This document shows, piece after piece, positions 1 through 9,090 of a stretch of DNA of 64,000 bases. Position 1 is the stretch's first letter; each line of letters begins with the position of its first letter. The translations under genes and the position numbers were made by a program. Where the stretch lies: sequence record MW057919.1. The stretch is one strand, 5' to 3'. Below the pieces are notes generated by a model that saw only the letters and a program-made list of their open reading frames with translations, was not told the DNA's origin and searched no databases.

Positions 1-447
1 GGTACCAGGAGTATCATGGATGGAATTGATATGACTCCACAGATTAATGACTTTGAACGTCGTCTTATTACCGATGCGATTAACAGTATCTCTTATGGTA
101 ACCAGATTCCGTTTAAAATTTCCATGCACTCTGACTTAGCTGGTGATACTGTTATTGATATCAGTCTAAATCATGAATCGGTAGAACGATTCATCGCACC
201 GACCTTCATTGATAGTCTGTTTAGTCCAGTCATTACTCGGGATGCATCTGCACCGGCTATGATCTCTAATGACCTTACCTATCTTGTTAAGAATGTTATC
301 CCAACTAAGACTCAACAAAACATTCTAAACAGTAGTGGTCAGCCGGTTAACATGCAACCGTATCAACATCCTGTAGCTCAACCTGCTCAAATCAATCCTA
401 AATTTGGTGATAACAATGCCTACGATTTCTCTTTCCAAGTTCTATAG
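1..447 (+). CDS. 3' part of a conserved phiKZ-like gene, 5'-truncated by the window edge (position of gp68/gp69)
   Basis: Frame is open from base 1 (GGT ACC AGG AGT ATC ATG...) to TAG 445-447; overlaps the next start. Identity inferred from synteny only. Confidence 0.7.
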   Translation, partial: GTRSIMDGIDMTPQINDFERRLITDAINSISYGNQIPFKISMHSDLAGDTVIDISLNHESVERFIAPTFIDSLFSPVITRDASAPAMISNDLTYLVKNVIPTKTQQNILNSSGQPVNMQPYQHPVAQPAQINPKFGDNNAYDFSFQVL

Positions 448-1795
448 TGATCAAGTATTACCTGCTTTCCGATACAAAGTAGGTGAAGAGGATATGATCA
501 GTATTCTCGATCCACTTGGTCGACCTGCACCTGCAAAGGTAGATGGTAAGCGACTAGTGGTACCTACTAAAGATTGGCTTCGTAAAGGGCTAGGCGATGA
601 TTACATCGCCTTCCACCCGCTATCTGAAAAGATCTCTCGGCTAGGTACTTCTCAAGTACTACAGCATATGCAGCGTCAAGTTAAGGCTAATCTAATGTTT
701 ACTGTGAAGTATCTTACTTCACGTATTTTAGAAGTAGCTGCCGACTCCACTCTGCATAAAGACATTCCACCAGAATGTTCAGACTTCCTAAAGAAACTAT
801 CCGGTGCTAAGCCAGATACCATTGAGTGGTTTAATAAGGTTGTCAAAGCTGCTGAAAAACGTTCACGTTTTGTAAGCGTGTATCTAAAAGCAAATGGTAA
901 ATTTGATGGGAAGACAGTTAACCGTATCTGCGTTATTCGGTTCCCTATCGTAGAGGATCTTTATTCTAAAGATGATATCCTTGGAGTAAATGTACCTAAG
1001 AAACAGCGGCCAGTTCTAATCGAACTATTTAAACTAGTTGTACCATTTGGTGATTCACCAACTGAATATTCAGCAGGAACAGTTGAGCGGGTAGCACCTT
1101 ATTTTGTATGTCTTATCCAGGCATTTAACAAAATCACTACTCAACTAAATAGTGTTATTGATAAGTATCGCCTGATCTTCGATGATGCTATTCAACCTTA
1201 TTCAAAAGTTGATGAGAAGGTGATTGCTGATTTTGCAAAGATGCAACGTGAGATCCCCTCTCTTGATGGTAATGAAGGAGTCAGCAATGAAGTAGAAGAA
1301 GAAGCTTCTGAAACTGTAAACCCAGTTGCCCAAATTCCTGTCCAGAAAAAGGATAGTGTAGTTAAAGTGGGTAATACTGCTAAAGAACAAACTACTTCTA
1401 CACGTGTACCAGTAGGCACAACTGTGAATGTTAATCCATCTATGAGTCAAGCTGTAGCAATGACTCAGGCACCTCAACGTCCCGCACAACAAGTTCAAAC
1501 TAGCAATAAAGCATCTATCCAAGATCTTCTAAACGCTGGGCAGAAAAACCAATTTGCTCAACCCGGAATGATGCAACAACCTGTTATGATGAACAATAAC
1601 TTTGCAATGCCTGGGATGATGCAGCCACAGCAGCCAATGATGGCTAATATGCATCCGCAAATGATGCAACTCATGGGCAATCAAATGCCGATGGGTGGTG
1701 GATTTGCACAAGCACTAAACCCCGCTCTAGCTGGTAATGGTAACACCGCGATGATGAATCTAGGTGGAAACCAAATGATGGGTCGTCTACTGTAA
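416..1795 (+). CDS. Conserved phage protein (gp69/gp70 position) with Met/Gln/Gly/Pro/Asn-rich low-complexity C-terminal tail
   Basis: 459-aa ORF from ATG 416 with GGTGA RBS (track uses TTG 404); globular N-terminus, acidic linker, tail such as FAQPGMMQQPVMMNNNFAMPGMMQ; followed by a hairpin. Confidence 0.85.
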   Translation: MPTISLSKFYSDQVLPAFRYKVGEEDMISILDPLGRPAPAKVDGKRLVVPTKDWLRKGLGDDYIAFHPLSEKISRLGTSQVLQHMQRQVKANLMFTVKYLTSRILEVAADSTLHKDIPPECSDFLKKLSGAKPDTIEWFNKVVKAAEKRSRFVSVYLKANGKFDGKTVNRICVIRFPIVEDLYSKDDILGVNVPKKQRPVLIELFKLVVPFGDSPTEYSAGTVERVAPYFVCLIQAFNKITTQLNSVIDKYRLIFDDAIQPYSKVDEKVIADFAKMQREIPSLDGNEGVSNEVEEEASETVNPVAQIPVQKKDSVVKVGNTAKEQTTSTRVPVGTTVNVNPSMSQAVAMTQAPQRPAQQVQTSNKASIQDLLNAGQKNQFAQPGMMQQPVMMNNNFAMPGMMQPQQPMMANMHPQMMQLMGNQMPMGGGFAQALNPALAGNGNTAMMNLGGNQMMGRLL

Positions 1796-1800
1796 CACGG

Positions 1801-1830
1801 CATAAACCAGGGGGCCTAAGGGTCCCCTGG
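1801..1830. terminator. GC-rich hairpin between convergent genes, CATA on 5' flank
   Basis: CCAGGGG...CCCCTGG stem directly after the stop at 1795 and before the stop of the minus-strand ORF. Confidence 0.7.
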
Positions 1831-1836
1831 CTTGCT

Positions 1837-2199
1837 TTAAAACTTTTTAGTTTGATATAAGCTAACGAGGTGTTGAATCATGTCGTTATTCGGTATGATT
1901 AAATAGCTGGTGTAATCATTAGCTGAAGGATCCCTTAGAACTTTACCAAAATCATAAGGGCTAACTAAACCATTAACACGCATTTGAATCCACCACATAT
2001 CAGGATTGACACGGCGTTCTGCCATGTATCCATAAAAGTTTCCTTCGAACTGGTAATACAGTTCAGGTGGAATTTGAATACGTGTGGATCTGACATTACG
2101 TAAGATATTCAAATGAGTCTCAATAATTAATCTGAACCCTGGTTCATAATAAACAGATTCACCTGAATCTGGCTGATTAGCTAACAGTGTGAATGCCAT
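1837..2199 (-). CDS. Putative baseplate wedge protein, T4 gp53 / P2 gpX LysM-like
   Basis: Motif DMWWIQMRVNGLVSPYDF...LIIPN resembles the 'LWWII..xN...P.D....L.IP' LysM-like wedge signature; start ATG 2199 or 2211. Confidence 0.6.
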   Translation of the reverse strand: MAFTLLANQPDSGESVYYEPGFRLIIETHLNILRNVRSTRIQIPPELYYQFEGNFYGYMAERRVNPDMWWIQMRVNGLVSPYDFGKVLRDPSANDYTSYLIIPNNDMIQHLVSLYQTKKF

Positions 2200-2220
2200 A
2201 ATAAATTCCAATAAATTTTA

Positions 2221-2237
2221 TTTAAGATCTATATCAT
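2221..2237 (+). promoter_or_regulatory. Putative phiKZ-type early promoter (TTTAA-N4-TATATCAT)
   Basis: Matches the known phiKZ early consensus TTTaA...TATATTAC with 2 mismatches; same spacing as four other copies; lies upstream of nvRNAP genes. Confidence 0.55.
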
Positions 2238-2272
2238 TGATTTGTAATTAGTAAACAGGAGGTATGAGATTG

Positions 2273-2383
2273 GTGATACCAGACATTGAAGTCTTACAAA
2301 AGGCTATATCTAAAAACAGCGCAAATAAGAAATATAGTAGTACTGCATCTTGTCTAATTAATGGTGATAAACAAAATGGCTGA
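2273..2383 (+). CDS. Small leader ORF (~36 aa) overlapping the gp71 start
   Basis: Strong AGGAGGT SD at 2257-2263, GTG 2273, MIPDIEVLQKAISKNSANKKYSSTASCLINGDKQNG, TGA 2381-2383; not in the ORF track. Confidence 0.4.
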   Translation: MIPDIEVLQKAISKNSANKKYSSTASCLINGDKQNG

Positions 2384-3554
2384 ACTAGGTAAACGTGAAA
2401 TTGATCTAACCCTATTAGGGCATACTGGTTTAGATCCTTGGTATGGCACTACCTCATCTGCACGGGGTGCTATGTTTGTAACACATATTGGCCAGGCACC
2501 AGAAGTAAATGGAAATGAATCGCGTTATTTCCTAACGGGTGCTGAATTAGAGTATGCCAAGTATACACATGATGTTCGTTTTCCTGAGGATTGTCGTGTA
2601 CTACATGTTCTTAGAAAATATCCAACGGGTATTGGTAAAGACAGTATTAGATCTAACCCGGTAACAACTATTATCTACGAAAACTATTTTGACAAATATA
2701 AAACCATTGGTGTCTTACATGTTCCCGAGTACATGAGTCATCACCAAGACTTTGGTTATGAACTTGTAAAGAATCGAGAAGTGTGGGAAACCATTGCCCC
2801 AAATGAAATGTTCTCTAAAGACACAGTGATTGCACAGTCTGGTGCAGTTAAGAAAGACGGTACTTTAGGGATGGGTGTTAATGCTAATGTTGTATTCCTA
2901 TCTGCCGCTGGTACCATTGAAGATGGATTCGTAGCTAATAAGAATTTCCTTAAAAGGATGATGCCAACTAGTTATAGCACGGCTGTAGCTAATGCTGGTA
3001 GGAAAGCTTTCTTCTTAAACATGTATGGCGATGATAAGGTCTATAAACCATTCCCAGACATTGGCGATGTTATCCGACCAGATGGTGTAATCTTCGCCAT
3101 CCGTGACCATGATGATGATCTAGCTCCTGCCGAGATGACTCCTAGGGCACTTCGTACACTAGATAGAACTTTCGATAGAGCTGTTATTGGCACACCTGGT
3201 GCGAAGGTTATTGATATTGATATTTGGCGTGATGAGCGTGTAAATCCATCCCCTACTCCAACAGGAATGGATGCACAACTAGTTAAATATCATACTCATC
3301 TTAGCAGTTATTATCGAGAACTATTAAAGATCTATCGTGGTCTATTAGCACGTCGTAAAGATGATCTACATATCACTGAGGAATTTGAACGTCTTATTGT
3401 AACTGCACAGATGTTCCTACCTCAACCTGATAATGTCCGTAAACTATCTCGATTCTATCGACTAGACCCACTAGATGAATGGCGAGTCGAAGTAACTTAC
3501 AAAGCCCAAAAGATGCCTGCTGGTGCTTTCAAGATGACTGATTTTCATGGTGGT
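2376..3554 (+). CDS. gp71-73: Non-virion RNA polymerase beta-like subunit (C-terminal half), exon 1
   Basis: Starts MAELGKR with GGTGA RBS; ends AGAFKMTDFHGG, matching the beta 'GDKxxxRHGxKG' motif that is completed by exon 2; spliced product 700 aa. Confidence 0.92.
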
Positions 3555-3861
3555 AATTAATATCCATCCATCTCTCAGGAATGGATATTGTCAAATTGCC
3601 TGCTTGATCTCGAAAGAGTCAAGTAAATCCTCTCTAATTGCTGGGACATCTCAATGAGACAATCAGCAGCGAAGCTTTCCAGAAATGGATTGAACGTTCA
3701 ACGACTATCCGGTTACGCGGAGTACACTCAAGCGAGTGGAAATGGGAGGGACCTGACCACCTAGGGTGAAGGTTAAGATATAGTCTGGTCTGCATGGTGA
3801 CATGCAGCTGCCTGCAATACGAGAGGCGGGGTAAGCGTAGCGAACTTACCTGAACATAACG
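3555..3861 (+). mobile_element. Group I intron (IA2-like), 307 nt, no homing endonuclease ORF
   Basis: 5' splice after U3554 (U-G wobble with G3598 in P1 GGU|AAUU/AAUUGCC); P AATTGCTGGGA, Q AATCAGCAGC (3661), R TCAACGACTA, S AAGATATAGTC; P3 CCTCTC/GGGAGG; P7.1, P7.2, P8, P9 hairpins; terminal G3861; removal restores FHGG-KGVICKVM in frame. Confidence 0.93.
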
Positions 3862-4785
3862 AAGGGCGTCATCTGTAAGGTAATGGAAGATGAAGATATG
3901 CCTATTGACGAAAATGGTAATAGGGCAGATCTAATTATCTTTGGTGGTTCAACCATGCGTCGTTCAAATTATGGTCGAATTTATGAACATGGTTTTGGCG
4001 CAGCTGCACGAGATCTAGCTCAACGCCTACGCGTTGAAGCTGGACTAGATCGACATGCCAAACCAACCCAGCAACAACTAAATAGTGTAATGGGTAATAC
4101 GCAATGGGTTGATTATGCATTTAAAGAACTATTAGGTTTCTATGAGATCATTGCTCCAACAATGCATAGTAAAATGATGGAACACCCAAATCCAGCAGAA
4201 CATGTTAAAACAGTACTAATGGATGGATTCCCATATATCTACGCACCAGTTGATGATCCAGTGGATCTAATGGCAGCAGTCAACAAATTAATTAATAGCG
4301 ATAAGTATCGACCACACTATGGGAAGGTATCTTATCGAGATCAAGCTGGTAAGTGGGTAACAACTAAAGATAATGTCTTAATGGGTCCACTTTACATGAT
4401 GCTACTAGAAAAGATTGGTGAAGACTGGTCAGCAGCAGCATCTGTAAAAACACAACCATTTGGTCTACCTTCTAAGTTAAACAATGCTGATAGGGCTAGC
4501 ACACCTGGTCGAGAAACAGCTATCCGGTCATTCGGTGAATCTGAAACTCGGTCATATAACTGTACAGTTGGTCCAGGTCCGACTGCTGAAATCTTAGACC
4601 AAACTAATAACCCATTGGCGCATGCTGCGGTTATCGAGTCTTGGCTAACAGCAGAAAAACCTTCATCTGTACCAGTTGCAGTTGATCGTGAAAAGATTCC
4701 ATTTGGTGGATCTCGCCCAGTAGCTATGTTTGATCACCTGCTTGAATGTAGTGGTATTGCATTAGAATATGCCCCTGATCATTGA
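3862..4785 (+). CDS. gp71-73: Non-virion RNA polymerase beta-like subunit, exon 2
   Basis: KGVICKVMEDEDMPIDENGNRADLII..STMRRSNYGRIYE and GPLYMMLLEK match beta C-terminal motifs (KGV..., MP...G...D.I, RMN.GQ, G..Y..KL). Confidence 0.92.
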   Translation, partial: KGVICKVMEDEDMPIDENGNRADLIIFGGSTMRRSNYGRIYEHGFGAAARDLAQRLRVEAGLDRHAKPTQQQLNSVMGNTQWVDYAFKELLGFYEIIAPTMHSKMMEHPNPAEHVKTVLMDGFPYIYAPVDDPVDLMAAVNKLINSDKYRPHYGKVSYRDQAGKWVTTKDNVLMGPLYMMLLEKIGEDWSAAASVKTQPFGLPSKLNNADRASTPGRETAIRSFGESETRSYNCTVGPGPTAEILDQTNNPLAHAAVIESWLTAEKPSSVPVAVDREKIPFGGSRPVAMFDHLLECSGIALEYAPDH

Positions 4786-4815
4786 TCAGGGGTTTAATAA
4801 TACAAGAGGTAAATA

Positions 4816-6849
4816 ATGAATCTTAATCGTTATAAAGCGCGTGATCTTCTAAATCTAAGTTATGATGATTTATGGTCACTCCCTTCAGAATGGCATCTAA
4901 TCGAATTTGATGATGGTAAAACGGTTGTGTCAGTTGACCGTATTACCAAATTATCCGTTCTGTGTTGGTATCCTCTTAAACATTATAAAGATTGCCCAAT
5001 TCCATCTGATCACCATATCGATTTCAATCGCATCTTAACTGATAACCCTAAAGATTATCTAAATGTTGAAGGTGGCCGAGTAACATCTAAGGCCATGGTT
5101 AAGCATTTAAATAAGGCTATTTGGAACATCTATGATTGGTCAGGTGAAACAGTAGATCCTGAAGTACTATCTAAACTGGCTATTGAAGGTAAGAACTGGC
5201 TGTATAATCAGACCACTGTGAAACTGTCTGAATATCTAGCAACCTTGTCGATGTTTGATATTGCTGAAGTATATAATCATCCCAAGGTACGTGAGGCTAA
5301 CCATAATATCGAACCAACTACTTATGGTATCGAAAAAATTAGTTATGGTAAAGTCAAAGAAGTATTTAATGATCCTACCCAATTCATTGGTAACAGCATC
5401 ATTGAAGGTCTTCGTTCTGGTACTCAGAAAACTGAACAGCTTCTACAAGCATTTGCTTGGCGGGGCTTTCCAACTGACATTAACTCAGATATCTTTAAAT
5501 ATCCGGTAACAACTGGTTATATTGATGGTATTTGGAATCTGTATGAGAATATGATTGAATCTCGTTCAGGTACTAAAGCACTACTATATAACAAAGAACT
5601 ACTGCGAGTAACTGAATACTTTAACCGGAAATCTCAGCTTATTGCACAATATGTCCAAAGGCTACATCCTGGTGATTGTAAGACCACAATCTTAGCTGAG
5701 TATCCTGTAACTAAGTTAACTTTAAAAGCATTCAAAGGAAAATATTATCAAAAAGAAGATGGTAAACTAGACTGGATCCGTGGAAATGAAACACACCTAA
5801 TTGGAACTAAACAGAAATTCAGGTCTGTATTTGGATGTAATCATCCAGATAGTCAGGGTATCTGTATGACTTGTTATGGCCGACTAGGTATCAATATTCC
5901 AAAAGGAACTAATATCGGTCAGGTTGCTGCCGTATCGATGGGTGACAAAATTACTTCAGCAGTATTGTCTACTAAACACACCGATGCGTCTTCTGCTGTA
6001 GAACAATATAAACTTGGCAAAATTGAAAGTAATTATTTAAGAACAGGTGAAATCCCAGAGACACTATATCTAAAGAAAGAACTTACTCAGAAGGATTATC
6101 GTTTAGTAATCGCACGGTCAGAGGCAGAAAACCTTGCTGACATTTTAATGATTGATGACCTTACTGCATATCCAGCTACTTCAGCTACTGAACTAACCAG
6201 CCTGGCCCTAGTCTATGATGATGAGGTGAATGGTGAATGTGGTGATGTTCTGACTGTGTCGCTGTATAACCGTAGGGCTAGTCTATCTATTGAAATGCTA
6301 AAGCATATTAAGATGGTCCGTTGGGAACTAGATCAGCGAGACAATATCGTCATTAGTCTTCGTGGTTTTGATTTTAACCTACCATTCTTAACGCTACCAA
6401 ATAAGCACGTAAACATGTATGAAGTAATGAAACGATTCCAAAGTTTCTTACATTCCGGTAGTGACTCAGCCGAGGCAGGTAAACTAAGCACTGAGAAAGT
6501 TGGATATACGTCTAAAACGTATCTTAAAAACTACAAGTCACCAATTGAAGCACTACCTGTATTTGCAACAATGGCTAATGAAAAGATTAGCCTTAATATT
6601 TCCCATTGTGAGATCTTGATATACGCTATGATGATCCGTTCAGCTCAATATCGAGACTATCGCTTACCTAAACCCGGTATTAATGGCCAATTTGAAAAAT
6701 ATAATAGGCTAATGCAATGTCGTAGTTTAGGTGGTGCGATGGCTTTCGAAAAGCAGCATGAGCCACTAAATAACCCAGGCAGTTTCCTTAACAAGATGAG
6801 GAATGACCATCCATATGACTTACTAGTTAAAGGTGGTAAACTGCGATAG
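4816..6849 (+). CDS. gp74: Non-virion RNA polymerase beta'-like subunit (C-terminal part)
   Basis: 677 aa; bridge-helix-like ESRSGTKALLYNKELLRVTEYFNRK, Zn site RSVFGC...GICMTCYG, trigger-loop-like GQVAAVSMGDKITSAVLSTKH. Confidence 0.93.
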   Translation: MNLNRYKARDLLNLSYDDLWSLPSEWHLIEFDDGKTVVSVDRITKLSVLCWYPLKHYKDCPIPSDHHIDFNRILTDNPKDYLNVEGGRVTSKAMVKHLNKAIWNIYDWSGETVDPEVLSKLAIEGKNWLYNQTTVKLSEYLATLSMFDIAEVYNHPKVREANHNIEPTTYGIEKISYGKVKEVFNDPTQFIGNSIIEGLRSGTQKTEQLLQAFAWRGFPTDINSDIFKYPVTTGYIDGIWNLYENMIESRSGTKALLYNKELLRVTEYFNRKSQLIAQYVQRLHPGDCKTTILAEYPVTKLTLKAFKGKYYQKEDGKLDWIRGNETHLIGTKQKFRSVFGCNHPDSQGICMTCYGRLGINIPKGTNIGQVAAVSMGDKITSAVLSTKHTDASSAVEQYKLGKIESNYLRTGEIPETLYLKKELTQKDYRLVIARSEAENLADILMIDDLTAYPATSATELTSLALVYDDEVNGECGDVLTVSLYNRRASLSIEMLKHIKMVRWELDQRDNIVISLRGFDFNLPFLTLPNKHVNMYEVMKRFQSFLHSGSDSAEAGKLSTEKVGYTSKTYLKNYKSPIEALPVFATMANEKISLNISHCEILIYAMMIRSAQYRDYRLPKPGINGQFEKYNRLMQCRSLGGAMAFEKQHEPLNNPGSFLNKMRNDHPYDLLVKGGKLR

Positions 6850-6907
6850 ACGTGGAGGACGTGAGGTTTGGGGAGCACTGCTCCCCTTACCGATCGTTGA
6901 TTTTTTT

Positions 6908-8446
6908 ATGAAACCGATTCTTACAGCAGAACGATACACCCATGGTGTTCGTTTATCCGGTTACGATCGGGAAACATACTTAAAGATGACTGGATATCTT
7001 AATAAACTGGTTTTAAAAGAACCTAAGAAGATACCTGGTCAACGCACCATAATGGAAATAAAGAAAAAATATTATGGTGAAACAGAAGATGGTAAATCTG
7101 TATTCATCCATCGTGAATGTCTTCAAGAACTTATTAATTATCTAGCCGATAAGAATATACCATCTACTAGAATTGAAATTGTAGATATTCCTGTACCAAC
7201 AGCTGTTAAAGTAGACTATACTTTATTTGAACATTATGTTCTAAGGGATTATCAGGAAACCATCCGCGAAGATATTCTAAGACCACATTTACATTCAGCA
7301 CGTGTTGATTTACAGACTGGTAAAGGTAAAACCTTAACTAGTTTAGCTTCAGTTGCAGTAATGAAAGAACGTGGTGTTGTTATGATTCCACCTAAATATT
7401 TCGGTATTTGGGAGAAAGCATTAAAAGAAACATTTGTTGGTTATGAAGATCAGCTAGGTATAAAATATTTAAAAGTATCTGGATCTGCTGAGTTACAGAA
7501 TCTAATTAATCGCGGACTAGAGAATGATTTAGAGGGTGTTGAAATTATTCTCATTAGTTCTACAACATACCGTGCATATATCGATACTTTTGAACGATTA
7601 GGTGAAAAAATCGATGTAGTTGGATTTAATGTACCACCACCTAGATTCCATGAGGTTATTGGAGCAGGTTGGCAGATCAATGATGAGATTCAAGAAGATC
7701 CAGGATTAGTATTTCGTACTGATCTATATACCAATGTCAATAAACAAATCTATTTATCAGCTACTCCATACACTGGTAATCAGTTTGTTACTAAAATGAT
7801 TGATGTCATGCTACCTGCCACTACAAAGTGTAGGTTACCTGCATATGACTCATACATCAATGTTATTGGCTTGTTATATAGTGAACCAACTATTAAACCT
7901 AAGGACTATTTAACTCCATTTAAAAATACATATAACCATGCTCGTTATGAAACAGTAATGATGAAGAATCCTAGGCGACTAGACTTCTATTTAAAGATGG
8001 TTAAACGTATTGTAGATGGCGTTTATATAAAGGATCGTATTGAAGGTCAGAAATGTTTGCTATTATGCGCGACTGTAAACTTTATCGATGTACTGACAGC
8101 TTATCTTAAGAAACAATATCCAGATCTTCAGATTAATAGACATGTTTCGGGTAGTCCGTATGATAGATTAATGACTAATGATATCACTGTATCAACTATT
8201 AAATCATCTGGTACTGGTGTTGATATTAGGAATTTAAGGGAAGTTATTCTATTACAAGCAACTGACTCTAAAAAGGACAGCATCCAAATTCTTGGACGAC
8301 TAAGACCATTGAAGAACTGGCCTGATGTAATACCAAGGTTAACATTCATGGTTTGTAATAACATACCTCATCATTGCAGATACGCTAGAAATAAAGAAAA
8401 TCATTTCATGGGTAAAACTAAAAGTATGCGCATGATGCGTTTATAG
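6908..8446 (+). CDS. SF2 helicase (UvsW/DEAD-like; phiKZ gp75 equivalent)
   Basis: Walker A LQTGKGKT, motif II variant NDEIQE, motif III LSATP, motif VI QILGRLR; start ATG 6908 preferred over GTG 6833. Confidence 0.9.
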   Translation: MKPILTAERYTHGVRLSGYDRETYLKMTGYLNKLVLKEPKKIPGQRTIMEIKKKYYGETEDGKSVFIHRECLQELINYLADKNIPSTRIEIVDIPVPTAVKVDYTLFEHYVLRDYQETIREDILRPHLHSARVDLQTGKGKTLTSLASVAVMKERGVVMIPPKYFGIWEKALKETFVGYEDQLGIKYLKVSGSAELQNLINRGLENDLEGVEIILISSTTYRAYIDTFERLGEKIDVVGFNVPPPRFHEVIGAGWQINDEIQEDPGLVFRTDLYTNVNKQIYLSATPYTGNQFVTKMIDVMLPATTKCRLPAYDSYINVIGLLYSEPTIKPKDYLTPFKNTYNHARYETVMMKNPRRLDFYLKMVKRIVDGVYIKDRIEGQKCLLLCATVNFIDVLTAYLKKQYPDLQINRHVSGSPYDRLMTNDITVSTIKSSGTGVDIRNLREVILLQATDSKKDSIQILGRLRPLKNWPDVIPRLTFMVCNNIPHHCRYARNKENHFMGKTKSMRMMRL

Positions 8447-8453
8447 TAAATGG

Positions 8454-8497
8454 CATAAATGATCCCTCCCTTAGTTGGGAGGGATTATGCTTTTTTT
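8454..8497 (+). terminator. Hairpin terminator flanked by CATA/TATG with T tract
   Basis: ATCCCTCCC-TTAGTT-GGGAGGGAT, then TATGC and T7, just after the helicase stop. Confidence 0.8.
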
Positions 8498-8517
8498 ATT
8501 TTTTGTATTTAAAGCAT

Positions 8518-8534
8518 TTTAAACAGTATATCAC
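8518..8534 (+). promoter_or_regulatory. phiKZ-type early promoter (TTTAA-ACAG-TATATCAC)
   Basis: One mismatch to the TATATTAC early consensus; identical upstream context to the copy at 46244. Confidence 0.75.
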
Positions 8535-8563
8535 AAATGTGATAAAACTATAGGGTATTTACA

Positions 8564-8629
8564 ATGAAGAAAAAATTGATTATGATTACAATTGTAGTTA
8601 TAGCTTATAAACTATGGGAGTGGAAATAA
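8564..8629 (+). CDS. 21-aa hydrophobic peptide
   Basis: MKKKLIMITIVVIAYKLWEWK; first ORF after the early promoter; TAATG overlap with the next gene; absent from the ORF track. Confidence 0.5.
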   Translation: MKKKLIMITIVVIAYKLWEWK

Positions 8630-8886
8630 TGTATACAGTTGATCAGATCTTTGGTGCAACATGGCTTCTAGTCAGTACTTTGATCTTAGTTGATATTCTT
8701 CTAACATGCATGCTGATATTTATTATTAAAACATATCTTGAGTTTAAAGATATCTTTAATAAAAGTGCATGCCAGTACGCTATGCTTTTTCTCTCCGTAA
8801 GCATTGTATTAGTTACCATATGGGTAAGTACTATTGTTAGTTGCTGGACTAACTATTCACTGACATGTACAACTTATCTATTTTGA
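8629..8886 (+). CDS. Small membrane protein (2 predicted TM segments)
   Basis: MYTVDQIFGATWLLVSTLILVDILLTCMLIFII...; GGAG RBS at 8617 favours ATG 8629. Confidence 0.75.
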   Translation: MYTVDQIFGATWLLVSTLILVDILLTCMLIFIIKTYLEFKDIFNKSACQYAMLFLSVSIVLVTIWVSTIVSCWTNYSLTCTTYLF

Positions 8887-8898
8887 TGAGGTGTCTAT

Positions 8899-9090
8899 AT
8901 GGCTCGGGTATTGTTATTTTTAGTACCACTATTAATTGCATTTAGTGGATTAATAACTTCAATTATATTTCTTGCTGCTGCTAAAACAATCAAACAAAAA
9001 GCAATGATTGTAAGTGGCTTGATTTGCAGTATGTTTACCCTTATGTTAGGGTTGTGGTTATTTAATATGATAATCATGCATATTAAATAG
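8899..9090 (+). CDS. Small membrane protein (63 aa, 2 predicted TM segments)
   Basis: GAGGT RBS; two hydrophobic stretches separated by KTIKQK. Confidence 0.75.
   Translation: MARVLLFLVPLLIAFSGLITSIIFLAAAKTIKQKAMIVSGLICSMFTLMLGLWLFNMIIMHIK

Noticed and set aside
1198-1711. Short minus-strand ORFs under the 416-1795 gene, and similar 60-110 aa nested ORFs across the track
   Set aside because: Fully nested in long, well-supported genes, without RBS or recognisable motifs.
2361-4785. gp71 and gp73 as two separate genes or a broken pseudogene
   Set aside because: The gap has a complete group I intron core, and its removal restores the HGGKG motif in frame.
6833-6907. N-terminal extension of the helicase from GTG 6833, or a gp74-helicase frameshift fusion
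   Set aside because: The extension crosses a GC hairpin (6870-6886), looks non-coding, is in the +1 frame and has no slippery motif.
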